The notes below the pieces were generated by a model. It worked only from the letters and a program-made list of their open reading frames with translations. It was not told where the DNA came from and ran no database searches. From Lama glama (Eukaryota), in contig CM052817.1 in NCBI GenBank assembly GCA_028534125.1, forward strand, positions 78,680,001 to 78,744,000: a stretch of 64,000 nt of DNA, given 5' to 3'. Made by a program: the position numbers and the translations under genes. This document shows positions 48,623-62,185 of this stretch, in pieces; the first letter of the stretch is position 1; every line of letters begins with the position of its first letter.

Positions 48623-49879
48623 CCAAATTTTTGGCCCTTTTAGGGTGTATTAATCACTTCTGCCTTGGAGAAGGAAATAGATTCTATGTGAGTTATAGTT
48701 TTTAAAAGAAAACGAGAAACTTTTTCATGCTGGAACAAAGAGTAATATCACAAAGGGCACATTTTCTGGTACTTGGTTCCTAGTTGTTAATAACCTAAAA
48801 AGATTAACCTAATAAAAATAAATTTATATTGCTATGTATAATCTGAAAGGGTTATAAACAGCAAATAAATCTGGGGCTGTCTTCTCCTGGAAGTTCAAAA
48901 GAATTCTTCTGGAAGAGAGTGTGACTATATAATGAAGGCATATTCCTTTATGAATCAGTCCCAATAGTAAAGATTTCATAAGATCTGATGGAAAACAAAG
49001 AAAATGAGTCTACTTTAAAATGTAAGAGGCTGGCTGAAAATGCACTCAGGGATTGCACTCTCTTGAACACTCTAGATTTATCTCCCTTTCTGCCCTAGAA
49101 TTAAGATGGTTTCAATGTTTGATTGAGGCTCTTCAAGTACAAAGCACATAAAACATACTCACTTTTTCAGGAGGAAATTGGAGTTCATAGCTAAATAAAC
49201 CATTCTGGCATGAGATCCTAAATAAATATTTGTGTAGCTCATAGGGCTATGAAGTGGTTAAATAATAAAAACTTATAGTTGGAACAAACAAAATGGAGTT
49301 GATAAATTGGGGAAGGAAATGGATTCTATGTGAGCTATAATTTTCAAAAGGAAAAGAGAAACTTTTTGGAAAGTAAACAGTAGAATAAATACTCTTCTTG
49401 CCACTAGTAATAATAATGTCACAGAAAGAAATGTGGGCACAGATAAATGAAGCTACTCCTGACTAATAAGCTGTAGACAGCATTCTGCAGGATATATTAA
49501 GCAAGGACAATCCTTAGATTCTAGCATTTCATGCTTCTATGCAATGGCCAGAAAATAGAAATGCAATGTCTTAAAATACTATCCTTAAGGTGTAACTTTC
49601 TGACAACTTCCATATAGAAAGAACTCTGAATTCTCTGCAATTGGTATTAAAAGCTATGTAACCAAAAAAAAAAAAAAAACAAAAAACTTCCAACACAGGC
49701 TTCACAAGAACTAAATGGCATAAAAACAAAAGAGAATCTGAAGTACTATTAAAAATCCCAAGGAAAGTGGTAGATCCACAGACTTCATTGGAAATAAATG
49801 GCATAGGAGACAGAAGAGAACTTGGAAAACAAGAAAAACACAAAATAAACTGGTGGATCCAAAAGAGACATGAGATAAA

Positions 49880-50990
49880 ATGGCCAGCAGACACCAGCTT
49901 TAAGATGATTCAGGAAGTTGTAGTTAGCAGGTTAAGACTTTAATTAACCATGATTAATAAATTTAAGAGTATAGAGGGAAACATGGACAAAATGGATGAA
50001 AAGATGGAAGGTTACAATAGAGAATCAGAATCCATAAAAAAGAATTAAAAAACAGTCTAGAAATGCAAAATATAGAACAGGTGGAACATAGAAGGCAGTA
50101 TTTGTAGTGCCAAATGGGTCAATAGAACATATTCAAGAAGCCCAGATAGAAAAAACAAATAGTAGGAATGAAATAAAACATACAAGAGATATAAGACATG
50201 ACTGAAATGTCTAACATACATATAACTGGAGTCCCAAAACAAGAGGAGAGAGATTGAAACAAAAGAGCTACTTGAAGAAATTTTGGCCAAAAGCTTTAAA
50301 ATCTGATGAAAAATTACCCACAGATTCAAGAAATTCAGTAGACTCCAAGCCAGACAAGTACAAAGAAAACTTTAGTACTAATTATTCTAAAAATGAATAA
50401 TAAAAGAAAATCTTTAAAACATAGAAAAAAACACAGTACCTTCAGAAAAATAATGTAAGAAATTCTACTGGCCAAATCTATATACCAGAAGGCATTATTA
50501 AAGAATTTGAATGAGAAAAACAAAACAACCTTCTAACCTAGGGTTCTATACAGAGTGAAAACATTCATCAAGAAGTGAAGAAAAAATAAAGACTTTATCA
50601 GATAACCGAAGCTGAGAGAACTGTTTCTAGTAGATCTACAATAGAAGAAGTATGGAAGGGTTTTTTCCACATTGAAGAATAATGGTCCCAGATTAAAAAA
50701 GCAACAAAATGGAAGTACAAGAACAGAAGTTCAAGAGTTTATAACTTATGCAGAAGGAAAAAAGTATGACAACAATAGCAAAAATGATAGTAAGGGGATA
50801 GATGCAATCAAACTATGATGATCTCCTTGCAGTAGTTAGGACATAGTAAAAGTACACTGCAGTCGTAGTTGCATTTTGTAATTTCTAGAGCAATCTCTAA
50901 AATGGTGATACAAAAGTATATAACAAAAAAAGAGTTAATAAAGGAGATAAAATGCAATAATAAAACGTGACTTATGCAAAAAGAAGTAGT
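49880..50990 (+). mobile_element. Old L1M ORF1/inter-ORF remnant
   Basis: aaaatggatgaaaagatggaag...tctaacatacatataactggagtccca...cccacagattcaagaaattcag...aacctagggttctatacagag...aaataaagactttatcagat. Confidence 0.75.
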
Positions 50991-51639
50991 ATCCTTCATT
51001 GGTAAAGAATAAAAGAACCACATGACTCTGACTTGTTTTTTTAATACAAAGTTGAACTATTTGAACTAAGAGCTTCTGCTCTGGATTTTTCATGTTATTT
51101 TAATACACTGTTAGAAACAACACCTTTATTTTCTGTCCCACTCCACATCAGTGCGCCACAATGAGGGACTATTGTTCTCTATCAGTCAATTGATATTATA
51201 CACTCCCACCACCTTCTCAATTCACATGACATTTTACGTTACCAAGTTTACAACACCAAGTCACATAAGTGGGCAGGACTTCTGATAGCCCAACAGCTCA
51301 GCTTCTAACGAATCTGGCCAGCACAAAGATTACTACTTTTTATCATAAGCATATTCTATTCCTTTCCTAGATATCATCAGAAGATGAGCATGATTCTACT
51401 CTTGGTGTATTAAAAAGAACTTGAGAAAGTAATTTTGATGAAGGGGCCATCAGAAGGCAGTAAAAGGATTGAGATTTCAGAGTTTTGAAATCCAAATCTC
51501 CGCTTCTCACCCTCAGCCCATCCTTTCATCCGTTTCCAGTTTTGTAAATGCACAGTGTTTTGTATCTTCTCACAAGTACTGGGAGTGTAGCCATGCTCTT
51601 TCTGGTTTCTAGTATCAGTTTTCTTATTCATTTTCTGCG

Positions 51640-51890
51640 GGCCAGGCTTCCCAGACTTACCAAACTCTTGGAGTGATTTATGGAGCATTTAGGAATACAG
51701 ATTCTCAAGTCTGGCCTCAAACCTCACAGCATTACAATCTGTGAGTGGGGCTGAGGAAATTTTTGTTTTAAAATAGAGAAATCACTCTTCCAGGCTATGT
51801 TGTTTGTTTTAAAAATACAAACAAACAAAAGTTTCTACCTACTGAAAATGTACTTGTGCTGTACAACCTAGGTTCTCTGAAGCACACTGC
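51640..51890. mobile_element. MER5-like hAT MITE remnant
   Basis: aatacagattctcaagtctggcctc...caatctgtgagtggggctgaggaaatttttgtttta. Confidence 0.5.
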
Positions 51891-52786
51891 CAGCCCTAGT
51901 GTTAGAAAGAAAACAGACTTTTCCTCCAAAGAACTGACCCACAGAATCATCGCTGGGTGACCCTCTACTGAGCATGCCTGTTTGACAGTGCTAGCTATCA
52001 GCCTGGGTATGTTACTAATGCGACTGCATGCTTTCACTAATATGTCACTCAGACTGATTTCTAAGTTCCTGGGGTTTTCTGGGAAATATTATTCTTCCAC
52101 GTATTTTCAGATTTGCTGGAGGATTTCGAGAGTTGAAAGGAACGCAGTTACATTGTCCAGCTTTCTAAATAGGATGATCATCTCGGAATTTATTCTTTAT
52201 TTGGGCTTTATTGCTCACGTTCATAAATATTTAATTTTTCTTCCAAAAATAAAGTTTGAGAGGAATAATTTATTTCCTAAAGCAAACGTCAGAAAGAGAC
52301 ACAATGTTTTGTTACTAAGGTAAGAAATGGCACCTGAACAAGAGGAAGAAAAAGGATGAGTCTGTATGAAAATGAAAAACACCTCCCTCACTGTCATGTC
52401 TTCCTCTCCCAGGCAGCTGTCCTCACCCATCCTCCCCCAGATGAAGATAACCTCTTGAGCAGGGTGGCATGTTTTTATACCAGCCCAGGGGACCCCTGGA
52501 AGGAGGGAAATAAGACATGAACCTCGTGGTCAAGAGCATCTCATTGAGCTGTACCTTCTCTTTTGCTAACAAACCCACCCATGGATTGTAACCTTCAAGC
52601 TTGTTTTAACTTTAACATCTTAGACAGGAGATGCACCTCGCCAACATCTAACCACAGACCAAATTTGAAAATGCTTAGCTCTGACCGAACGATAAGCCAG
52701 AGTCCAGAAAGATCCTTAAAATTAACCTGTTCCAAATCCTCTCAAAGGCCAGTTCTTCTGTAAAGCGACCTGGCGCTGTGCAGCAA

Positions 52787-52803
52787 TGGCGCCATCTACA
52801 GAA
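52787..52803 (-). promoter_or_regulatory. Candidate CTCF site
   Basis: Minus strand TCTGTAGATGGCGC matches CCASYAGRKGGCRS at 12/14; six CpGs retained within 52760-52830. Confidence 0.5.
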
Positions 52804-55800
52804 CAGTGTGTGAAAAAACCGACGCAGCGTTGGAGGTTGGATTTGGGGGGAAGGAGAGGAATAGTGTAATTGTTTTTAAGTGTAGCACTTTATAGTATAT
52901 TTTATGCAGGTATTTGGTAGGCTAATGTTATCTTTACATTTCAAGGGCAGCTCTGGAGTTTTCATTATCCACAGTTTGTTTTAAACTGTGAAAAATAGAG
53001 ATATGAAAATAAACTAGAGAAAATAATACATTTGGAATGAACCCATCACAATCCATGTAGTACATGGATCATGATACAAGAGATGAGGGCCTGGAGCTAA
53101 CAGCGGTGGTGTTGGTCTCTTGATTCCTCATCTCCCAGAGGAAGCCTCTTCTAGTCAGGTCATTTTTATTTTACGAGAATAATTCCTGCAAATTCAGCCT
53201 AGAGCCTCCTCCTCCAGTACTTCCAAAATTGTTGGAAATCATCCCTAAACTGCTAATTAACCTCTTTTCTTTTACATGAACTAACTAGATGTGTTCTGTT
53301 GTCTTCAACCTAACCCAACTCTGTGTGATGACACACATAGAGGTGAAATACGTTACTGATGGACATGAATCAGGGAAGCTCCGGCTACAGCTCACATGGA
53401 AAACCAAAAGCTCCCATAGCCCAGCTTCCCTGCAGAGGCAGTGCCAGCAGCAGATTTCCTGCTGAATTCATTTATGCTCCTAAGAGATTATAAAGTGACA
53501 GTTTAGAAGGTGGATAAATAGGTGTGATAGATGTGTCTCCTACATCCCAGGCTGATGTGAGATCGCAGGGAACCTGATCTCTAAAGTCACGTGGGAAATG
53601 TAGTCTTCAGCTTCCAGACCACAGGGTGCAGTAAGGTCCATTCCACTCAGTGGAATGGAGGGTGTAAGCCCGTCTTCAGTGCTGACCTCACATGGTTTCA
53701 GCCTAAGAGTTCTTTCTGTGGTTCACCAAACTCCTTTTTGTTGTCATTTCAGAGGCAGTTTTGTTTAGTAAGGGTGGCTAGTGGTGGACCGTGCTTTCCA
53801 AAACTTCACTCATTCTTACACCACATTCAAGCCTAACATTTGCTTAATGTTTTATAAAAATCTACTGAGTAATTTAACTTAAGCATTGTCCTATGCAAGT
53901 ATATCTGAGGAGTCACAAGCTTGATATAATCATTGTACTTTTTCTAGATACATTAAGATAAACCACCCAAAATCCATCTTGTGTGCAGCGGCTGAGCACC
54001 CTGGTGCATGGAGAGAGGGCAGGCTTCGGAGTCAGATCTTATCCTGTTCTGTGTCTATGAATCTCACTCAGCTTCAGTCTCCACCTTTCAAGGAGGATCC
54101 AGTCATACAACACTTGTAAATGCTTTCCAGATAGGTCACCCCAGTGGCTCTGAAAATGATATTGTTAGGTATTTTCTAATTTTTCAAAGGTTCTAAGTAG
54201 TAATTGATCCCCTTGGAAATTCAAAAAATAATCAAGTTTTGAGGTATTTAAATATATGCTGTTTGAAAGTTATTTTCTATGATATGCCAGGATTTCACTC
54301 GGTAAGGAAACATGGCATATAGTTCATAAAAATGCCAACATAGCGTCAGTATAAAAAAATACTACAGTCAGTTTCATTTGTCTAGCCCCATGCTCACGAC
54401 TTGTATACTTTTCTCTATGTATATTGTTCACCAAAAAAGATTCATAATAAAAAAATTCATAATAAAAAAAGAGAACTGACAGGAGATTGCATGTAAGCAA
54501 ACTTGGACACAGGTAGATTAAGCTAGAGACGACATTTTTAATGAAAAGAATGGGCAATGAGTGTAAAGTATATATCTAGGCAGAATGAAGAGAGCAAGAG
54601 AAAGATTTATACAGTTGTGTTCTGAGAATCTCAATACAGAATATTGCTTTTCAAATCCACGAGTCTTTCATTTCATACCATAATACAAACAGATTTTAGT
54701 CAAAAGAGAACAAATTGTTGAAAATTACCCTTCATTCAAGGTTCTTAGTTGGCAATTTTCCTCACTGATTTCAGTAAAGATTATAGTTTTTTATTATAGA
54801 TTTTCCCTTGTCATATTTTTCCCTTTCCTTTTGGTTTAAAGTAAGTACTTGTTTTTCTAGCATTATATCATTATAGTCACATTTTAAATGTAGACATTCG
54901 TCTTTCAAATACTTGGAAAATATATGCACTTTTCATCTCAGAAGTGTATAATGATGATGTAGCAAGGGAACTGAAGTAAACTTGAACTCAGGGAACAAAA
55001 TATGCAAGCATTAGCAATTATGTAAATAAGAGTTACATGAAGAAGAATGCAATAGAAAGTCTCTAAAAACATATGAAACCTGAAAGAAGCAAAGAACACA
55101 TTTTAAAAGGTACCCTATAGAAACATATTTTCATCTGAAAAGAAAATTACTTTTCAACTTTGTTTACATTTCTAAGTGGCTCAAGTTATGGTGACCAAAG
55201 TAAATGATAATAAAAGCATTAAGAAACCTGAGTGCATCCCAAGAATATTACCTTGAGAATTAATAAAAGCAGGGTGGGCAAAAATTGCATCCTGCTGGTA
55301 AAGATAGTCATGAGGCATTTGGCTTTTTTGTGGAAGCTCCTGCAGTGGTCCCAGGCCCAAGTTCCTCATTATCCACTGTTAAACAGAACATGGGACATCA
55401 TTTTCATGGAATGAATCATGGTGGAAGTGGTGTGATCCTGGAACCAGCAGTGGGGATTGGCCTCCTAATTCCATACCCATCAAAGTTAGGTGCCAAAATC
55501 TGGCTTAAAAAAAAAAAACAGACTTGTTTTGCTTAAACACACTAGGCTAGAGTCTATGTATTCTGTAGCAGGTAACTGAACCCCAACTGACACAGGATGA
55601 CAGAGCAATAAATCAGATTAATAACAGAAAATGTGAGTAATCGTAAAGAAAAATTTCTGAGGAAGAATTATGGCTCATTTTCAGAAAATTTAGGATAAAA
55701 ATCAACAACCATGTGCTTTTAATGGACTCCTGCCTAATGCTGGGAAACTGAAGATGTTATTACTGTATTCAGTTCTATTGGTCTATGTAGTAAAATGGAA

Positions 55801-55811
55801 GGTGGGGTATT

Positions 55812-57680
55812 TCTATGAATTTACAGAAATAAAGAGAATCAGAAGGGAATACTGTAAAAAAGCATATGCCAAAAATTAGCTAAATTATATGAAATTAACA
55901 AATTCCTAAAACTACACAAACTACTGAAACTGATTTAAGATGAAATAGAAAATCTGAATAGACCTATAATAAGTGAACAGATTGAATTAGTAATAAAAAA
56001 AAAAAAGTCCAGGCCCAGATGGCTTCATTGGTGAGTTCTACTAATAAATATTTAAAGAGAAATTAACATATTTGCAGATGCTTTCAAAAACAAGGCAAAA
56101 CCAAAATAGAAGGGGAGGAACAACTTCCCAATGCATTTCAGGAGGCCAATATTACCCTAACACAAAAAGCACACAAAGACATCATAAGAAAAAAAAATTA
56201 CATACCAATATCCCTTGTGAATATATATGCAAAAATCTTCAACAAAACACTAGTAAACTAAATTTGGCAGCATATAAGGATTATTTATTATTGGCTAAGT
56301 AGAATTTATTTCAGGAATGCAAGATTGGTACAACACATGAAAATCAATCAATATAAAACCTCATATTAGTTGAATAAAGGACAAAACCACATGAACATCT
56401 CACTAGATGTTATAGGAATAGAAGGGAACTTATCCAATCTGATAAAGGACATTAATAAAAAAACCTACAATTAATATCATACTTTATGGTGAAATACTCA
56501 AAACATTTCACCATAAAGTGTGTTGAACACTTTCCCTCCAAATCAGAAAGAAGAATGGACAAGGTATCCATTCTTATACTTCTATTCAACATTGTTCTAG
56601 AGGTTCTAGCCAGGGCAACTAGATAAGAAAAAAGAAATAAAAGAAATCTAGATTGGAAATGAAAAAGCAAAATGACTTCTATTCACAAAAGACATGATAT
56701 TATACATAAAAAAATCCTAGGAATCCACCAAAAAAAATCCATTTTAAGCTAATAATTCAACAAGATGGCAGGATGTAAGATCAATATACAAAAATCAGTT
56801 GAATATCTATACAGCAGCAATGACCAACCAGAAGAAAATTTTAATTCCATTTATAATCACATCAAAAGCATAAAATACTTAGGAATAAATTTAGTAAAAG
56901 AAGTACAATATTAGTACACTGAAAACTATGAATATTGTTGAAATAAATTAAAGAAGACTTTAAACAAATAGGGATCCTGTGCTCATGAACCTGAAAGACT
57001 TAATATCGTTAAGATGGCAATACTACTGAAGCTGATGTACAGATTCAATGCAATCTTCATCAAAATTCCAACTACATTTTTTTTGCAGAAATTGACAAAT
57101 ATTCTAAAATTTATATGGCTATGCAAGGGACCCAGAATAGCCAAAACAATCTTGAAAAGAAAGAACAAAGTATGAGTACTCATGCTTTCAGATATCAAAA
57201 CTTATTACAAAGCTACATTAATCAAGATAGTGCGGTATAGGCATAAAAATGAACATATACATCAATGGGATAAAACTGAGGGTCCAGAAGTAAATCTAAA
57301 CATCCCTGGTCAGTTGATTATTGATAAATGTGCTAAAACCAGTCAATCAGGGGAAGAATAGTCTTTTCAATAAATGCTCTGGGACAACTGAATATCTATA
57401 TGCAAAAGAAAGAATTTGGACTCCTACTCAAAATGGATTGAAGATCTAAATGATCTAAAGGAGCTAAAACTCTTAGAATAAAACTTGCATGTAAATCTCT
57501 GTTACTTTGGATTAGGTGATTTTTTTTTCATATATCACATAAAACACAAGTAACCAAAGAAAATACAGATAAATTTGATTTCATCAAAATAAAAAACTTC
57601 ATGAATATGTTGAAAACTACTGAGTTTCATGGTTTTAAATGGTTAATTTTAAGGTATGTGAAATACATTGCAATAAAAAT
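55812..57680 (+). mobile_element. L1MB-like element: decayed ORF2 joined to 3' terminus
   Basis: gaaatagaaaatctgaatagacctata...aagtccaggcccagatggcttcattggtgagttcta...ctattcaacattgttctagaggttctagccagggcaa...aagggacccagaatagccaaaacaatcttgaaaagaaagaacaaag; many stops and frameshifts; ends ...aaatggttaattttaaggtatgtgaaat...caataaaaa. Confidence 0.92.
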
Positions 57681-58439
57681 TCCAAGTCTTTTTACAAAGA
57701 ACTTTTGGTTTTAAAACCAAAGGCAAACATCTTTCGCTAAACATCAAAAAAAAAAAAAGATTTTTTTTCTTGCTATTATGAAAAGGAACCAAATCTAAAT
57801 CTTAACATGCTCCTTTGGAGAGTTTCTACCCTTTCTCAGTTAGAAAAGAGTTAAGTATTTCAAACTTTTCAGTTCCCAGAAATAATTTTTAGGAATAAGT
57901 GAGTTCTTAAAAAATTTCAAAGGTATAATTCTGAAGGGAGGAAATGACTATAAATGGAATAATTAAGTACATAAATGTTTTCTTAATCCTCACAACAGCA
58001 TGATATGTTAAGGTTTATTACTTGCACTTATTTGTTTATATATTGCTATAGTTATATCCTATATTATATTTTGTATATATTTATTATATTCACAGAGAAC
58101 ATAAGAAAAAGTCTATAGAGTAAAATGTAAGCAGGAGAGTTTAACCAAGAAGTTCCAATTGGAAAAGTGTCCATCTTAATTTAAAGATTGAACAATCGTT
58201 CTTATGCATAAAACATAAAGGAAAAATACTTCAGAAGAATCATGAGACAGAATAATAGGAAATTAATAGAAATTGATAGAAGACAGAAAAAAACACATCT
58301 GGAGAAATTTTTAGGGCGTAGAAACTCAATATCCCATCAATCAGCTTCTGACTAAAAGTATTAAATACTTTTCAAAAATATGTCTAGTCATTTAAGGCCT
58401 TTTACCTTTAAGTTTATGATCAGTTCTGTCATTGGTTTA

Positions 58440-58672
58440 TCCTGATTTCCTGATTCCTATTCCTACCAACTCCAGCATAGCCTCTGCCTCAATTCCAAAC
58501 CAGCTCATTTCTCTTTAGCACTGTATTGTTCTTTTAATTTGCCCATTTTACTTGATTTGTTTCCCCCTCCCTTACACCAGTACAGACTATAAGCTCCTGG
58601 TGTGAGCATCTGTTCTCTGTGGCATGCCCAGTGTTTTACCCACCATAGGCACTTAATAAATACAGTAAATTA
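58440..58672 (+). mobile_element. L2 3' end fragment
   Basis: cagactataagctcctgg...ataggcacttaataaata. Confidence 0.6.
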
Positions 58673-59449
58673 ATGGGAACATAGAAGACACCTTCACTGC
58701 TTTGGTAAAGTTATAAAAACCCCAACATTAAACACAATCACAACATCAAGCACAATTGTAATTTAAATATACTTGCATTCTAATACCAGAAATAAAGGAG
58801 TTTATCTATTTACTGTTCTTTCCATTATATCTTTCCAAACGTGAGGTAATAAAGATTTATAATCTGAGGAAAGCAGTATTTGAATTTCAATGGACAGATA
58901 AGACTATCTGTTTTCCTTTTAGGTCTTGATTTTTATATTCTCAATGATCTGTAAAAGTAAGGTGATTGTAAGATAAATGACACAAAACAGTTATTGGAGA
59001 TAAAAATATGCTTGTTATTCCAATTTAAATTATTTATTTACATAATGCCTTTGTTTTTTATTATGAACCCCGAATCTCTATTTTTTTTTTTAACCAAAAG
59101 AAAGTTTATAGTCTTCTTTTACCTTTCTTTAGTTATGGGTCTACCGCGTCCTTTTAAAAGAAAATCATGTTCCTGGAAAAACTTAGTTCTAACTGAGTAT
59201 GCATTTGAAATTAAACCTGTATAATATGGTAAAAATTTGCAAAACAGCAAACTCTAAATAAATTAATATTTTCAGAAGGAGTTAACCAGTGACTCAATGT
59301 TTAAACTAAATTTCTCACCAACCTGGTAAAATGGAGACTCTGTAGTGAGATTTAATTTTATTAATTTTTAAATTTATTTAAAGCAAATAAATTAATATAT
59401 AATATACTTCACATTTCTGAGCTTTAGGTTTTTAAACTTTTAACCACAC

Positions 59450-59610
59450 AATCTCATTGAATCATTATACTCTAGCCTCATTCTATAAATAAAAAGGCGA
59501 GATTCAAAGAGATGAAAAGACTGACTCATGTCAATTCAGCAAACAAATGGCAAAGGTGGGAAGTGAACCCAAGGATATGACCTTTGCCCATGTTCTTTCA
59601 CAATTCCACA
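59450..59610 (-). mobile_element. MIR fragment
   Basis: cctcattctataaataaaaaggcgagattcaaagagatgaaaagactgactcatgtcaattcagc...gtgaacccaagg. Confidence 0.6.
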
Positions 59611-59711
59611 GACGACTAACTAGACAAGAAGTGGGGATAGGGCACAGGGAAGGTATATATCCACACAAAACCTCCACACAGATGTTTAAAGCAGCTTTAT
59701 CCATTCAATGA

Positions 59712-60226
59712 CATATTTTTTCAGTTGCAAGTGACCAAAAAAAATTGTGAGTAGCTTAAGCTACTTGAAATTGAACTTACTGACACACATATTTGAGCAT
59801 CCCAGGAGCTGATTTCCCTTAGTAAATCTTGAGCCAGGTCCTGGTTTCTCTTCTTCTGTCTTGTGCCTCACTTCTTCAGCAGAGGCCTTACCCTTAGGTC
59901 ACTGTTTGGTTTATGCACAAGATGGTGGCCTCAGCGTTTGTCCTGAGTCCAGCAAGAAAAATAAGAGCTTTTCTCTTTCAAAGTTAGCAAAAATGTCCAA
60001 GGGCTGACTCTCATTGGCCAGAATTGGGCTGTACACTCATTCCTAAACCAACCACTGTGGCTTACACTAGTCATGAAACATTCCTGGAGTTGTGAGTAGA
60101 GACATTTCCAGCCAAATGTCATAGTCTAAGCTGGAGAAAGGGTGGTTTCCCAAAGGAAATGTTTACCATAAAAAGGATGAATGTTTTCAGTATGGCAAAG
60201 CCCATAAACACCAGATGCCCACTGCA
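59712..60226 (-). mobile_element. MaLR LTR (MLT1J/K-like)
   Basis: ttcagttgcaagtgac...aagatggtggcc...ctctcattggccagaattggg...cctaaaccaaccactgtggc...gggtggtttcccaaaggaaa...agatgcccactgca. Confidence 0.75.
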
Positions 60227-61299
60227 GGGCTTTTAACATCTTTCAGTCATTGCTGTCACCAGAGCAGAAAAATACTGATATCTACAGAAAACTGACAGAA
60301 ATAGTATACTCAGATAAAAGAGAAAGAACTATAGCATACACCACAGCCCTTCCGTGGTGCAGGTGGCAGGGTGAGGGCAAGGGTGTTAAAATACAGAACT
60401 CAACATTTATAACAAATAAAATAAAACAAAGCTGCTAACCTACAAATATGGGCCTCAAAACAAGACTGGGAAGCCTCGGTGGAGGAGACCATGAGGCCAG
60501 AGCGATGTGACGCAGCACAAAATGGGTTTCTTCACCCACCATGGATGGGGTTACTATTGACTGACTGAAAATGTGATGACTCGCTGAAAAAGACTGCCGC
60601 ATTTATACATACATTTATGGTTATTCAGACTGTGGTATCCAGACTGGGCAAAGCCAGGTGAGCAGCCCACCCAACCCCTCACCTTTACAGAAATCTGCCT
60701 GTATTTATAAGTGTTATCTGAGGATCCAAAAACTAACAAGATCTAAGTCAACAACAGAAGGCAGAGCAGGACAAATTGCCAGGGACAAATGCTCTGGGTA
60801 AAAATGCCTTAAACATTGGGAGAGAAGTCAATTCAGGCCGAACTCTTCAGGGAGAAAGGCAGACAATAATAGTCTGTCCTTCCGAAAGGAAGATGACATA
60901 GGAAAAATGAAAATATGTGCTTTTACTTACTCTGCCCACCCCCAGTAAATAGTTACATTTTGGAAGTGATTCAATCATACATTTTACTCTGTCTCTGTGT
61001 GACATAGGCATGTATCAATGACAGGCCAGCCAAGGATAAGGATGTTATATATAACCATGGAAACACAAAACTTTAATCAGTTCTTAGGCAATCATAAGAG
61101 CTAACATTTCTCCTACCAGATTTTGAAAGGCTCAGTGAGATTCCATTCTCTAAGGACCTTATTACCAGCAAGATCGGAGCCCAAAGGAGAGAAACATCCT
61201 CCCCCTCCTGCCTCAAGGCAGGTGATGGGGGGACGAGGGTGTCCAGAACTCAGCCACATCAAATTTTCAAATGATAACAGATAGCCCTCAATCTCATCC

Positions 61300-62185
61300 C
61301 TTCACAACAATCTGTCCCTGCGACGTTTTCTCTGCCACATCTGACACTCCTAACCTCTTACCTCCACACCTATTATCTGTGTCTGATGCTGGAGGGGTAA
61401 CTTTTCGTATCTACTCATTCCTTTACAAATCCATATCAGTTCTCCTTCTTTCTTCTGCTTTCTCATCATTTTTTTCATTATTAAAAATAGAACAGCTGTT
61501 ATATTTTTTCAGGAAAACACCTCTTAAGTTATTATTCTTTTTCTATCCACTTTCACTGCTGATCTGAATTTCTCAGACAACACCATTCACTCTTTGGCAT
61601 TATTAGAAAATATTATCAGACCATGCTGCCTTGGTAGACGCCTAACTTGTGAGATTTTACTTCAACCTGGCCCACCTGCTTACTTAGAACCCCTTTCAAT
61701 CATCTCTTATTCACGTATTCCCCGTAGTTGACTGTTCTGAGCAATTTCTGCACAATCTAACCTTCCAAGCACTAGTCCCTACTCATGGCACAGAGCTTTG
61801 CATTAAAGCCATCTTATTAGAATTTCTACCAAGTTCTCCCTCACCACCTCCAGAAATCTTTATTTGAACTACTTTCCTTATCCACAGCATTCTTTCTTCC
61901 CCAGGTCATTCCAACCCCACAACTGATCTAAGTGTCTCACATTTCAGCTCTTACTGTCAAGTTTCCTTACTGTCTCCTTGACTATTCCAGGACCTTCTCT
62001 AAATTTCCCTACTAATATTTATAACTCTTACTTGACACATCATTTGTTGTCTAGGGATAATTGTCTTTTCATATGCATATTCTGCCTCCTTGAGTAACAA
62101 TAAACATCAAGGCAGGAATCATGAGATAACTCTGCTCGCTGTGTCTGGGAGTTTGCACTTAATAAGGCTGCATTTTGAATGTATA
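61300..62185 (+). mobile_element. Highly diverged L2 remnant
   Basis: Pyrimidine-rich body ending taaacatcaaggcaggaatcatg...gcacttaataaggctgcattttgaatg. Confidence 0.45.

Noticed and set aside
54440..54469. 15-bp tandem duplication attcataataaaaaa x2
   Set aside because: It lies in an A-rich tail of a probable L1 fragment and is ordinary slippage.
55812..57600. Reverse transcriptase coding sequence
   Set aside because: It is a decayed L1 ORF2 with many stops and frameshifts; the short ORFs at 56072, 56452 and 56983 are off-frame or antisense fragments.
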